50,244 nt of DNA from a virus (lineage: Duplodnaviria > Caudoviricetes). The notes beneath the pieces are model-generated. The model saw nothing but the letters and a program-made list of their open reading frames with translations, did not search any database and was not told where the DNA came from. Below, one piece after another: positions 1-9,320 of this stretch; the first letter of the stretch is position 1, and every line of letters starts with the position of its first letter. The translations under genes were made by a program, and so were the position numbers. Location: the IMG/VR virus record IMGVR_UViG_3300005663_000064, positions 1 to 50,244 of that record. The stretch is one strand, 5' to 3'.

Positions 1-51
1 TTATCTAAACATGCCGCTAAACGTAGAAGAAGAAAATTAAGAGGAAAGTAA

Positions 52-1074
52 ATGGCAGAAACAGAAAAGATGACTGACAAGCAAGTCGATGCTACTTTTG
101 GTGATTTAGACCAACCTGAATCTGATCCGTCAGAGATAGAGGTTGCGATACCGGAGAATACACCGGCTACTGAAGAAGTCGTTGAAGATAAAGTTGAGCA
201 GGATGAGGTTACGACCGAAACGCCTGAAGTGTCTGAGGAAGTTGATACGTCAACAGCAACGGAGGCTACGCAGGAGGAATCTACACCAGCGGAAACTACT
301 ACTGAAGAAACAACTGAGGTAAAGGTTGAAGTTGATATTAAACCTGAATGGCAGGATATGGAGAAGGAGGCGTTGATACAACTCCTTGCTGAGACTGAAC
401 AAAAGAGACGTGGTTTTCAGTCTGAATCCGTTAAGTCTGCCGATTCCCTTAAGATGCTCAATACGATTGAAGCATCTACAGGGCTTCCGGTTAATGACAT
501 GCTCTCACTCTTTACCGATCTTAACAAGCCTGAATTTCAGCAATATTTACAGTCTTGGTATAGCGGTGACCCACAGGATTTGACTACTAAAACGGTGTCA
601 ACTACTGAGAAATCCGCTCAAAGCTTTATGCCTGAAGGTAAAGATTACGACCTGACCGATGCCTTAGACCCAACGTCTGAGAGTGGTCAGGCTTATCTTA
701 AGTATAGTTCATGGTATAATGACCAACAGAGACTTATTGCCGATAACAGGGTTGTTCAGCAGAATATACAGGTAAGTCAGAGAGAAGCGAAACAGTATAT
801 ACTTGGTCAAGGTCAAGATATTTCTGAGTTTGATAAGTATGCTGATAAGTTCAACTCGCCCCTTGCTGTTGCCAAGCTTATTCATGCTGAGATGGTTCGA
901 GAACAGAATCAGGCAAAGATTAAGAATAAGAAGGCTGATGATGTTCTGACTAAGGTTAGAACCAATAAGGCTAAGATCAGTGGTGTAAATACCGTAACCG
1001 GTGTAGAGACTCAAGAAGTAGGTGAACGACCTCCTGTGATAAAGGAATTGAATGATGTATTTGGTGACTATTAA
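52..1074 (+). CDS. Capsid scaffolding protein
   Basis: Very acidic E/T-rich N-terminus and helical C-half; directly upstream of the major capsid gene and, on the circular map, downstream of the portal. Confidence 0.7.
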   Translation: MAETEKMTDKQVDATFGDLDQPESDPSEIEVAIPENTPATEEVVEDKVEQDEVTTETPEVSEEVDTSTATEATQEESTPAETTTEETTEVKVEVDIKPEWQDMEKEALIQLLAETEQKRRGFQSESVKSADSLKMLNTIEASTGLPVNDMLSLFTDLNKPEFQQYLQSWYSGDPQDLTTKTVSTTEKSAQSFMPEGKDYDLTDALDPTSESGQAYLKYSSWYNDQQRLIADNRVVQQNIQVSQREAKQYILGQGQDISEFDKYADKFNSPLAVAKLIHAEMVREQNQAKIKNKKADDVLTKVRTNKAKISGVNTVTGVETQEVGERPPVIKELNDVFGDY

Positions 1075-1089
1075 ACGGAGGAATTAATC

Positions 1090-2412
1090 ATGGCTCTAGG
1101 TTCAAGAGCCACTACAAATACAGCGGGTACGATACCCTTACAGACTCGGAGAAAGTTTGATCGCTCTGATCTAATCGTTTTTAAGGAAGTTAATCATGCC
1201 CCTATGCTTACCAAGGTATTACGTAGTGGTAACAAACGCGTTACAACTGACCCGAAGTATTACGTCTTCGAAGACGACTATGAAAAGTTCGAATTCGAAT
1301 TGACCGGTGCGGTTGCAGCTGGTACAAGCCTTACGCTTGCTACCGACACGACCTACATATTTATCACATCCTTACAGGATTTTCTTAAAGCTGGCGATGC
1401 ACTTCACATCTCTGCTGGTGATCCTAATCAGTCTAATGCTGCCGGAACTGTGGCTGCTGCTGGTGAGGATGTAATCATTGAAGAAACAATCGGAATTAAC
1501 GCTGCGAGAGTAACCCGGTTCGGTGGATCAGGGGGACAGTCTTACGGCTGTACAAATGCTGCCGCTGGGAATACTATCAAGGCATCTCTTATAGGCCCGC
1601 CTACTCATGAAGGTTCAACCTCACCATCCGCACTTTCCGGTGCATTGACTGAGGATTTTAACTATACTGAGATTAATCGGCTGCCGTGGGAGAACACCGG
1701 TAGTAACATTGCTACCGAGTTTTATGCTGGCCCGGATGAACAACGTGAGGCACGTTTGAAACGTAAGACCTTCATGCGTAACCTTGAACGTTCATGGTGG
1801 CATCAGCATCGTAACATCCGCAGAGTTTCCGGTAAACCTAAACGTCATCGTGGTGGATGGTTCGAGTTTATCGCTGATACGGCTGCTTCCGGCACCCGTA
1901 TCGCGGTTTACGATTCAACCAAGGAGCTTATTAGTGGTGACGGTACTCAGCGCATGATCAACTTTGGGACATCATGGAGCGTTGACGACTTTAACAATGC
2001 GATGGAAAAAGCGTTTCAGTATGGCGGTCAGACTAAGACTGGCTATTCTGGCCCTGGTTTTATCACACGGTTCGAGAACGTTATGCGTCCTTATATTCGT
2101 ATGCAATGGACTACCGACAAGTTCGGTCAGAAAGTTGCCACTTACCAGTGCACTCACGGAATGGTGAATTTCATCATTGAACCTGAGTGGTATAATGAGT
2201 ATACCAATGATCTCGTCATAATTGATGAGGAATATTCGTGGTATCGTTATATGGGTAAATGTGTGGTCTGTAAGTCAAGTTCACGAGATATTCATGTTCA
2301 TACCAACATCCAGGCTAAGGATGTTGATGGAGTGAAGAACGAATTGTTCGCCGATATTGGGCCAGACCAGAAGCATCGGAATGCCCATACTTGGCTGACA
2401 GCGCAGGTATAG
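1090..2412 (+). CDS. Major capsid protein (SU10/DUF5309-like, HK97 fold)
   Basis: 440 aa; motifs NYTEINR..TGS, MRNLERSWW and RGGWFEFI resemble the DUF5309 pattern; strong RBS GGAGG; follows the scaffold gene. Confidence 0.85.
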   Translation: MALGSRATTNTAGTIPLQTRRKFDRSDLIVFKEVNHAPMLTKVLRSGNKRVTTDPKYYVFEDDYEKFEFELTGAVAAGTSLTLATDTTYIFITSLQDFLKAGDALHISAGDPNQSNAAGTVAAAGEDVIIEETIGINAARVTRFGGSGGQSYGCTNAAAGNTIKASLIGPPTHEGSTSPSALSGALTEDFNYTEINRLPWENTGSNIATEFYAGPDEQREARLKRKTFMRNLERSWWHQHRNIRRVSGKPKRHRGGWFEFIADTAASGTRIAVYDSTKELISGDGTQRMINFGTSWSVDDFNNAMEKAFQYGGQTKTGYSGPGFITRFENVMRPYIRMQWTTDKFGQKVATYQCTHGMVNFIIEPEWYNEYTNDLVIIDEEYSWYRYMGKCVVCKSSSRDIHVHTNIQAKDVDGVKNELFADIGPDQKHRNAHTWLTAQV

Positions 2413-2424
2413 GAGGATTGACCA

Positions 2425-3426
2425 ATGACGAGTATGATTAACGATCTAAATACAATGAGTCCGTCCGCTTTCAAACATAAGTTAGGGAGACTCGTTACAG
2501 CTAACCAGGCATTTCCAGCCTATACCCGTGGTAATACGTACTTTGTTGATCCTGAATTTGGGAAAGATTCATATTCCGGCACAGATATTAAGTATGCTTT
2601 CCAGACAATTCAGAAAGCAGTTGATAAATGTTCCGGTGAATCGGATGATTACATTTATCTCCTTCCCTCTGATGGTGTGGATTACGATGATGATACTGTG
2701 GGTACAAGTTTAGCCAATGCTTATGTTTACATTAACAAGTCAAACGTGCATTTGATCGGACTTAATCCGCCTCACATGCAATCGGTTATTATCAAACCTG
2801 GTGCGGCCGCTACTGCCGGCATTATAGCATTAGGAACTGGTGCCGACCGTTGTGAGATAGCTGGTATTACGTTTGATCTTACCACCGCTGCTAATGAATG
2901 TATCGATGTTCCGAGTGGTGGAGCAAACGGAGTATGGGTGCATGATTGTCACTTTATCGGAACCGGAGATACTAATGATACCGGTATCAATACGGCAAAT
3001 GCTGCTAATTCGTCATATTGGATTATTGAGGATTGTGTTTTTTATAATCTGGTAATCGGTGCAGTTAAGGGCTATTTTAACAGAGGTGTTATTAGAAATA
3101 ACAGAATAGTTAAAACTGTTACCGGTGCTCTTACAGACGGTATTAGTCTACTTGATAACACCACAACTGCTGATTCCGATGGATGTCTCGTTGAGAATAA
3201 TATAGTTGGCGGTGGGATTGTCGGCACTACGCCATTAGCAACCGGAATTAAGGTAGCCTCTGCATGTTATGGTGTCATTATTTCCAATAACTACATAGGG
3301 GGCTGCACTGATAACTTGAGTATGACCGAGAACACTGCGGCTGCACATGCATTTCACAATTACACTTATGATCAGGGTCAAGGTAATGTTGCCTACACCA
3401 CTCTTGATGATAAACTACCGCAATAA
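2425..3426 (+). CDS. Right-handed beta-helix (pectin lyase-like) virion protein, possible head fibre
   Basis: YFVDPEFGKDSYSG..AFQTIQKAVD N-terminal motif and repeated IxxCxF / IxNNxI beta-helix rungs. Confidence 0.7.
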   Translation: MTSMINDLNTMSPSAFKHKLGRLVTANQAFPAYTRGNTYFVDPEFGKDSYSGTDIKYAFQTIQKAVDKCSGESDDYIYLLPSDGVDYDDDTVGTSLANAYVYINKSNVHLIGLNPPHMQSVIIKPGAAATAGIIALGTGADRCEIAGITFDLTTAANECIDVPSGGANGVWVHDCHFIGTGDTNDTGINTANAANSSYWIIEDCVFYNLVIGAVKGYFNRGVIRNNRIVKTVTGALTDGISLLDNTTTADSDGCLVENNIVGGGIVGTTPLATGIKVASACYGVIISNNYIGGCTDNLSMTENTAAAHAFHNYTYDQGQGNVAYTTLDDKLPQ

Positions 3427-3441
3427 TGGAGGTATAATATA

Positions 3442-3756
3442 ATGGGAAAAGCAATAGCGGGCAATCCAGATTGGATCAGCAACTCGACCATGATCATGGA
3501 ACGTGTTGTTGCTGCCGTGTCAAGCGGCGTTGCCGAAGTTCAGAAAATTAACAGCGGGGGAAGTGCCACACAGCTTGAGTATATCGAGAACATTGAATCT
3601 GTTTTCGGCACTCTCGTTCCTGCATCCGGGACAAGTTCATCTGCCCAAGGCGCCGATCCTGCATGGAGTAAGATTGGCAGTGATGGAAGTTCTGCACAGA
3701 TAACATGGAATGGTGCTACGAGTGTAACAGCTCATCTCATGGTTTTTGGCACATAG
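3442..3756 (+). CDS. Small virion protein (possible head decoration protein)
   Basis: S/A/G-rich, beta-type 104 aa protein in the capsid operon; RBS GGAGG. Confidence 0.45.
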   Translation: MGKAIAGNPDWISNSTMIMERVVAAVSSGVAEVQKINSGGSATQLEYIENIESVFGTLVPASGTSSSAQGADPAWSKIGSDGSSAQITWNGATSVTAHLMVFGT

Positions 3757-4731
3757 ATGCGATATTGTTTAGTAACATCAAGGCGGTGGAAGGAACTGTT
3801 TTTCCCTGGGGGGTTGACTCAGACCCTTCCATCCGGCTTATGGCAATGGCTTGGTGCTTTTGGTGGAACCGAGAAGGATTTACTTATCCCACGTTGTGAA
3901 GCCGATATGGAGGAATATGATATTGTTCATATTAATGTTCCAAGGGCAAATATCCCGTTTATCAGGCAGATCGCTGAGTGCAAACCTAAGCATACTAAAC
4001 TCGTTGTAAATGTAGATTATTCGATTGAGATGTGGCAGAACGGCTACGAGCACATTACCGTCTTATTGCGAGAATTGGATAAGGCTGACTTGATCTTCTC
4101 GGTTGAGTCAACTATGGCTGATATCATCAGTCATTACCTGAAGCGTCCAGTTCCCGTGATACCACATCCAACGAATATTGAGCAAGTTCAGGGCCATGCA
4201 AGGGAACGGCGCAATCCTAAACCGGTTATCGCCGTTATCGGGCATCGCTATGATAAGAATTTTACTCTACCATACTTTACCTTCCATGACATCGATTGTC
4301 TGTCGATCTTATTCGGCTATACCAAGATCGATGCCAAGGGAATCGGGTTTTACTACGATATAGTCAATGAGAACTTGCCGATTGAGAAGTATTTCAATCT
4401 GCTTGCAGGTTGTGACATCGCTATCGAGACAGCTCTTACGAGAAGCTATGGACGCAGCGTGGTGGAGTGCGCCATATTGGGTATTCCCGTTATCGGTGGC
4501 CCTAACGTGGAAGCTATGAGAACTATGTTTCCCGACACCTGTGAAAGGATCGCTGAAACACGTGTAATTCACGACTTGATAATGACATTAATGCAAGATC
4601 ACGAATACTGTGATTATACGGTGAAGCGAGCACAGAGTAAGATCGATAACTATTCACACGAAACTTGTAAGAATATGATGCTCGAGGCTTTAGGATATGA
4701 AGTGGAATGTAAACAGGCAGTTGGTTTCTAA
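3757..4731 (+). CDS. GT-B fold glycosyltransferase
   Basis: ADLIF, VIPHP and SYGRSVVECAILGIPVIG (GT4-like E-x7-E/G.PVI region). Confidence 0.75.
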   Translation: MRYCLVTSRRWKELFFPGGLTQTLPSGLWQWLGAFGGTEKDLLIPRCEADMEEYDIVHINVPRANIPFIRQIAECKPKHTKLVVNVDYSIEMWQNGYEHITVLLRELDKADLIFSVESTMADIISHYLKRPVPVIPHPTNIEQVQGHARERRNPKPVIAVIGHRYDKNFTLPYFTFHDIDCLSILFGYTKIDAKGIGFYYDIVNENLPIEKYFNLLAGCDIAIETALTRSYGRSVVECAILGIPVIGGPNVEAMRTMFPDTCERIAETRVIHDLIMTLMQDHEYCDYTVKRAQSKIDNYSHETCKNMMLEALGYEVECKQAVGF

Positions 4732-5362
4732 GATAGACCAGAGGCATACCAAGTCTTATATACGTGATGACGGCAGGTTTGGCTTTCGTGTTAATTGCTA
4801 TCTCACGTTTAAGTGTAGTCTTGATTGCCATTACTGCACGAATAAGTATCTGGACGGCGTGACTCCATGTTCTGATGAGATGGATCTAACCGGATGGATG
4901 AAAGCCATCGAAGGGTTCCAACTTCCGATTATGCATGTCTACATTACAGGCGGAGAACCTACTCTACATCCCGACTTTAGCGATATAGTTAATTCTCTCT
5001 TAGGGCGCGGATACAGTATCACGCTCATGTCGAACCTTACCAATGGCAAGATGGGTGAGTTAATCAAAGATGGCGCCAAGGAGAACAGCACGTTACCATC
5101 TGGTAAGCAGCGGTTCCGAATCCTGGCAACAAGGCATGTTGGATACTCATCGACTATGTTTAAAGATAGGCTTGAGGAATTGCGCGATTACCCGATCTAT
5201 CCATTAGAATTTGAGGAGGAGCAATTACTCGATGTAAGTCATTCACTATCGGTTATGGATAAGGATAAGTGCCTCAATGAGGTTAAGTTCTGTATTGGCC
5301 CTGATGGGAAGTTCTTTACGAGTAAGCGTGATCTGCTTGAGAACTATGCGGGGCCGTCATGA
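4697..5362 (+). CDS. Radical SAM protein
   Basis: CSLDCHYC (CxxxCxxC), ITGGEPTLHPDF and a degenerate C-terminal twitch-like CIGPDG. Confidence 0.9.
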   Translation: MKWNVNRQLVSKIDQRHTKSYIRDDGRFGFRVNCYLTFKCSLDCHYCTNKYLDGVTPCSDEMDLTGWMKAIEGFQLPIMHVYITGGEPTLHPDFSDIVNSLLGRGYSITLMSNLTNGKMGELIKDGAKENSTLPSGKQRFRILATRHVGYSSTMFKDRLEELRDYPIYPLEFEEEQLLDVSHSLSVMDKDKCLNEVKFCIGPDGKFFTSKRDLLENYAGPS

Positions 5363-6141
5363 TAACTCTATGCCCAGTTTATGTTGAACCTTCAGTGGAA
5401 AACGAGGGCAATGAAGTTGTGAGGAACTCCCGCAATTTTGATTATAGCAAGATGCTGGATTGCTTATCGGAGAGTCTCAGATGGCATAGTGACTATGTTG
5501 AGTTTCTTGTTCTGACCGATGGTAATACCAATGTTTACGGTCATGACTCGTTTAGAGTAAGTTTGGATAATATGACCGTTATGGAATCCTTTGTTCATTT
5601 ACAGACTTTAGCCGTTAAGGAAAGACTTAGCGAGGGCAAGATGATCCTTACAGGTTGCGATCACATTGTCTGTGGTGATTTAAGCAATCTCTTTAACGGC
5701 ATCGACTTTGATGTAGCTATCGGGGTGAGGAAGAATCAAGGCAAGGTTAATGACTCTCTCGTTGTGGTTAATGACGGCAGACCGGATAAAGCTAACGATT
5801 TCTTTAAGCGTAGACTTGACCATTATAACGAAATGCGCCAAGATGAGCGAGTTTGGTGGGGTAGTCAGGATAGCTATGATAAGGTGATCAGGTCGTTCAA
5901 GGAAAGTGACTTATGGGAATCTAAGGTCTACGATATGGACGGTATCAAGGTTTATATCTATGAATATGGAGGTGGGTGGATTAACAACTTCAAGTATAAG
6001 GTAAATGGGTCGAGTGAGTTCATGGATGAGTTTATGAATAACCTTCCTCTGATCTTTGACCTTAAAGGCAATGCTAAGGCTGATCATAGTTACTGGTATA
6101 AACTCTTTAAACGGAGGTTCGGTGAAGATCGCAATAATTGA
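5359..6141 (+). CDS. Putative GT-A / nucleotide-diphospho-sugar transferase-like protein
   Basis: VLTD, ILTGCDHIVCGDL (DxD-like), FDVAIG..VNDSLVVV and WGSQD pattern; flanked by glycosyltransferase genes. Confidence 0.55.
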   Translation: MITLCPVYVEPSVENEGNEVVRNSRNFDYSKMLDCLSESLRWHSDYVEFLVLTDGNTNVYGHDSFRVSLDNMTVMESFVHLQTLAVKERLSEGKMILTGCDHIVCGDLSNLFNGIDFDVAIGVRKNQGKVNDSLVVVNDGRPDKANDFFKRRLDHYNEMRQDERVWWGSQDSYDKVIRSFKESDLWESKVYDMDGIKVYIYEYGGGWINNFKYKVNGSSEFMDEFMNNLPLIFDLKGNAKADHSYWYKLFKRRFGEDRNN

Positions 6142-7021
6142 CAGAATTAAAACGTTCAGTCCGATATTTGCTGAACACTGGAAGAAGAAACATGAGGTGA
6201 CTACCTCATCTACTTATGTGAGCGTTTCTGCCACATCGGATTATTATGATATAGTTTACTTCGATTGGGCTGATGGGAATTGCGTAGAATACTTTACCAA
6301 TCTTAACGGCAAGAAGCGACCAAAGGTGATAGTTCGGATCAGGCGTTACGAAGCGTTTGATACCGGCAAGATGACGAAGATCGATTGGGACAAGGTTGAT
6401 GAGATCGTATTTAATACTGAGTTTCTTAGGAATATGTGTCATGCCTGGTATAAAGTTGATAAGTTCAAGGATGCTCACATTATTCCTAATGGCGTTGACG
6501 TGTCTAAGTGGAACTTCAGAGAACGAACCGGTGGCAACAAGATAGCGATGCTTGCTTACTGGAAAGAGCGTAAGAACATTTCTATGGCGATGCAGATATT
6601 CGCATTGCTTCCCCCTCACTATGAGTTTCACCTTGCTGGTAGATGGAATGATGCTGTATCTCGTTTTCTGGTGGATGATTCCGCTATGAAACTTGGCATT
6701 AAGAACCGGGTTTTCGTTACAGACGGTCTTGTCGACACCGACAGTTACCTTGATGATAAAGATTACCTGCTACAGACCTCGACATCGGAAGGCGTATCGA
6801 ACATCGTTATTGAGTCGATGGCTAAAGGGATTAAGCCGGCTATCTTTAACAGTCTTGGACAGCAGGGTTTATATCCGAGAGATTGTATGTTCAATCACAT
6901 TCTTGAGGCTAAGGATATTATAATTGATACTTCTGCTTATCTGTCAGGTTTATATCGTTCCTATGTAGATGAGCGGTATAACCGTAAAGAGATGTTAACT
7001 AAGATGGATGCGTTATTATAA
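6122..7021 (+). CDS. GT4-like glycosyltransferase
   Basis: IPNGVD and LQTSTSEGVSNIVIESMAKG motifs; start moved to GTG 6122 behind GGAGG. Confidence 0.85.
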   Translation: MKIAIIDRIKTFSPIFAEHWKKKHEVTTSSTYVSVSATSDYYDIVYFDWADGNCVEYFTNLNGKKRPKVIVRIRRYEAFDTGKMTKIDWDKVDEIVFNTEFLRNMCHAWYKVDKFKDAHIIPNGVDVSKWNFRERTGGNKIAMLAYWKERKNISMAMQIFALLPPHYEFHLAGRWNDAVSRFLVDDSAMKLGIKNRVFVTDGLVDTDSYLDDKDYLLQTSTSEGVSNIVIESMAKGIKPAIFNSLGQQGLYPRDCMFNHILEAKDIIIDTSAYLSGLYRSYVDERYNRKEMLTKMDALL

Positions 7022-7719
7022 TGGGTAATTTAACATTTAATTATCAGAAGACTTGCAAGCGGTGCAGAGAAGATAAGTCGTTAAATAGATTTGAATCTTT
7101 ACCTAGTAATAGATTCAGACTTATTTGTAAGGATTGCTATAATAAACGTAGGAGAGAGTTGCACGGAGGTGTTGAAAGAGATAATGTTAGGAGGCTTAAA
7201 AAGCTGAATGGTATTATAAATAAAATAAGTGGTTGTTCTTTATTGTCTATGTATAAACCTGACGATAGTAGCCATTATAGGATTAAATTATCTTATTGTG
7301 GGTTTGAGTGGGATCTAAGAAATTCGAGTTTTATACAAGGAAATAGACCTTGGACTAAGTATAAACAACCAGATTATGTAGATGGTAGTTATGTTTATAA
7401 GTTTTTAGACTGTAAGAAAAAAGTTTTATATGTTGGTAAAAGCTCTTTTGTAAATGAAAGAATGAGTAAACATTTTTCTCCGTCTGAAATTAAAAAGGGA
7501 AAACAATATTGGAAATCAGATGTAGCTCAAGTACTTATTCTTAAATGTGAATCTGAAGCTGATATGCATTTTTTAGAGTCATATTTAATTAATAAAATAA
7601 AACCTAAGCATAATATGGGATCTATTGCTAAAGATCAGTTATCTTTTAATATAGAAATTCCAGAATTTAAGGATATGTGGGTTGAGGCAGTTTATGGCAA
7701 TGTTGACAAAACACTTTAA
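7021..7719 (+). CDS. GIY-YIG homing-type endonuclease with N-terminal Zn finger
   Basis: CKRC..CKDC, then YVYKF..VLYVGKS..RMSKH..ESYLI..KPKHN; visibly more AT-rich than its flanks. Confidence 0.8.
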   Translation: MGNLTFNYQKTCKRCREDKSLNRFESLPSNRFRLICKDCYNKRRRELHGGVERDNVRRLKKLNGIINKISGCSLLSMYKPDDSSHYRIKLSYCGFEWDLRNSSFIQGNRPWTKYKQPDYVDGSYVYKFLDCKKKVLYVGKSSFVNERMSKHFSPSEIKKGKQYWKSDVAQVLILKCESEADMHFLESYLINKIKPKHNMGSIAKDQLSFNIEIPEFKDMWVEAVYGNVDKTL

Positions 7720-8041
7720 TAGATCAGAGTTTGCATGTAAATGTGGTTGTGGATTTGATACAGTGGATTACTTACTTCTGCTTGTGTTAGAGGACTTAAG
7801 AGATGTTTTTGGAGCAATTATCATAAACAGTGGGTATAGGTGCAAGTTATACAACCGTGCGATCGGTGGAGGAATGTTTAGTCAGCACAAGAAAGGTAGA
7901 GCAGCTGATGTGGTTGTCAATGTTACGCCGGCACAGGCCATTCAAGATTATCTAAAAGAGAAGTACCCTGATCGATTCGGAATAGGATGCTATGATGGCT
8001 TTACCCATATTGATGTTAGAAACAGAAAGGCGCGTTGGTAA
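7694..8041 (+). CDS. Peptidase M15A endolysin
   Basis: HFNRSEFACKCGCG, SGYRC..N..GG..SQH..GRAAD and FTHIDVR. Confidence 0.9.
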   Translation: MAMLTKHFNRSEFACKCGCGFDTVDYLLLLVLEDLRDVFGAIIINSGYRCKLYNRAIGGGMFSQHKKGRAADVVVNVTPAQAIQDYLKEKYPDRFGIGCYDGFTHIDVRNRKARW

Positions 8042-8694
8042 TGACAGTTCTTGAGATGACATTGTTACTTGGTGATTTGATGAACGATAGCACTGTTGCC
8101 GGAACAGGCGAAGGTAACGAATGGACTGCGGCCACTAAGGTGAGGTTCCTCAATAGATCACAAGAACGATTCTGTGCATTGGTGGTTAATGATGCCTTGA
8201 GTGAACTTCAGACTATCAAGAGTGTTTCTGCTATGACGAGTAGTGGGTTTGCCTTCTCAGGCTTATCTGCCGGTAATAATTATTTCAGATATGTCAATGC
8301 TAAGAATACCACTGACAATGTGTTCTTCACTAAGATAGAATCAGGTCAGGTAGGTCAGATTGACAATAGCCTTGCAACCGGCGAGGACGATGACCCGCTC
8401 TGTTATATCTTTAAGGACACATTCTTTCCCATCTTTACAAGTGGGAACAGAGATGTAGACATCTGGTATATCCGGCGACCTAAGACTCTCGTTGTAAGTG
8501 GTGCTTCAGGTGGGGAAGCTGCAACCTGTGAGATTAATGATATGTTTCATTGGCACATAGTCGCACTGGCTGAGGCTTGGATGAAGTCTGCTACGAAGGA
8601 GTTTGAGAACGCATCGGCTCTTATCAAGACAGCGTTTGATGAGATTGCATTGATTAATCAGAATTATAAGGTGTTGGAGAGTAGTGATGAATAG
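8041..8694 (+). CDS. Head-tail adaptor protein
   Basis: W..FLNRSQ N-terminal helices, IWYIRRPKTL and FHWHIV..A C-terminal pattern of podophage adaptors. Confidence 0.65.
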   Translation: MTVLEMTLLLGDLMNDSTVAGTGEGNEWTAATKVRFLNRSQERFCALVVNDALSELQTIKSVSAMTSSGFAFSGLSAGNNYFRYVNAKNTTDNVFFTKIESGQVGQIDNSLATGEDDDPLCYIFKDTFFPIFTSGNRDVDIWYIRRPKTLVVSGASGGEAATCEINDMFHWHIVALAEAWMKSATKEFENASALIKTAFDEIALINQNYKVLESSDE

Positions 8695-9022
8695 ACTTGA
8701 AGCAAGAGAATACGTTGAGATGATGACTGGTCAGATTGGCACTGCCAAGACTGATGGTCGCAAGACTCTGCGTAAGGGATTTCTGAATAAGATAATTAAC
8801 GAGATTCAATTGGATTACTTTCGCACTACCCATTCACTTGAGGCGTTTAGTCATACGGTTATATCGGACAATCAGTTTGAATATACCTTGCCTACGAATA
8901 TCCTCAAGGATGGAATACAGCGGGTCACGGTTGATGATGCAGTATATACTCATAGGCAGTTCCCAAATACCGTTGATGGTTGGGAACATAGCAACTCAGA
9001 AGATCAGGTGCAGACATCATGA
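8687..9022 (+). CDS. Second adaptor-like protein, N-terminal half
   Basis: LNKIINEIQ..Q.EYTLPTNIL..IQRV; parallels the N-half of 8041-8694 and stops midway. Confidence 0.55.
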   Translation: MNRLEAREYVEMMTGQIGTAKTDGRKTLRKGFLNKIINEIQLDYFRTTHSLEAFSHTVISDNQFEYTLPTNILKDGIQRVTVDDAVYTHRQFPNTVDGWEHSNSEDQVQTS

Positions 9023-9309
9023 GTTTAATTAGAACAGTCCATAATATCGGGATGTGCAACGCAGGAGTCCATGTTAGGAGAGATGACTGCATTGGTTTAT
9101 ATCCAAGACAGCCTATAGCGGATTCTAAGATAACCGCTATGTGCTACTGGTATTGCCCGGTATGTGAAAAAGAGTTTATTAAGAAGGGTGTGGATGACCT
9201 CACCAATGAGGAATTGAACCTGTTCGAGGAATTACTTGCAGACACCGATAGTTATATGCCTCCTTCTGGAGGTATTATAGTTCCCGATAAACACTACAGT
9301 TATAGTTAA
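9019..9309 (+). CDS. Hypothetical Cys-rich protein
   Basis: ATGA-coupled to the upstream ORF; CPVC motif. Confidence 0.5.
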   Translation: MSLIRTVHNIGMCNAGVHVRRDDCIGLYPRQPIADSKITAMCYWYCPVCEKEFIKKGVDDLTNEELNLFEELLADTDSYMPPSGGIIVPDKHYSYS

Positions 9310-9320
9310 GGAGATAGATA

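Noticed and set aside
3747-3761. TGGCACATAGATGC as a fifth sigma-54 promoter
   Set aside because: GG-to-GC spacing is 9 rather than 10, and it lies in coding sequence
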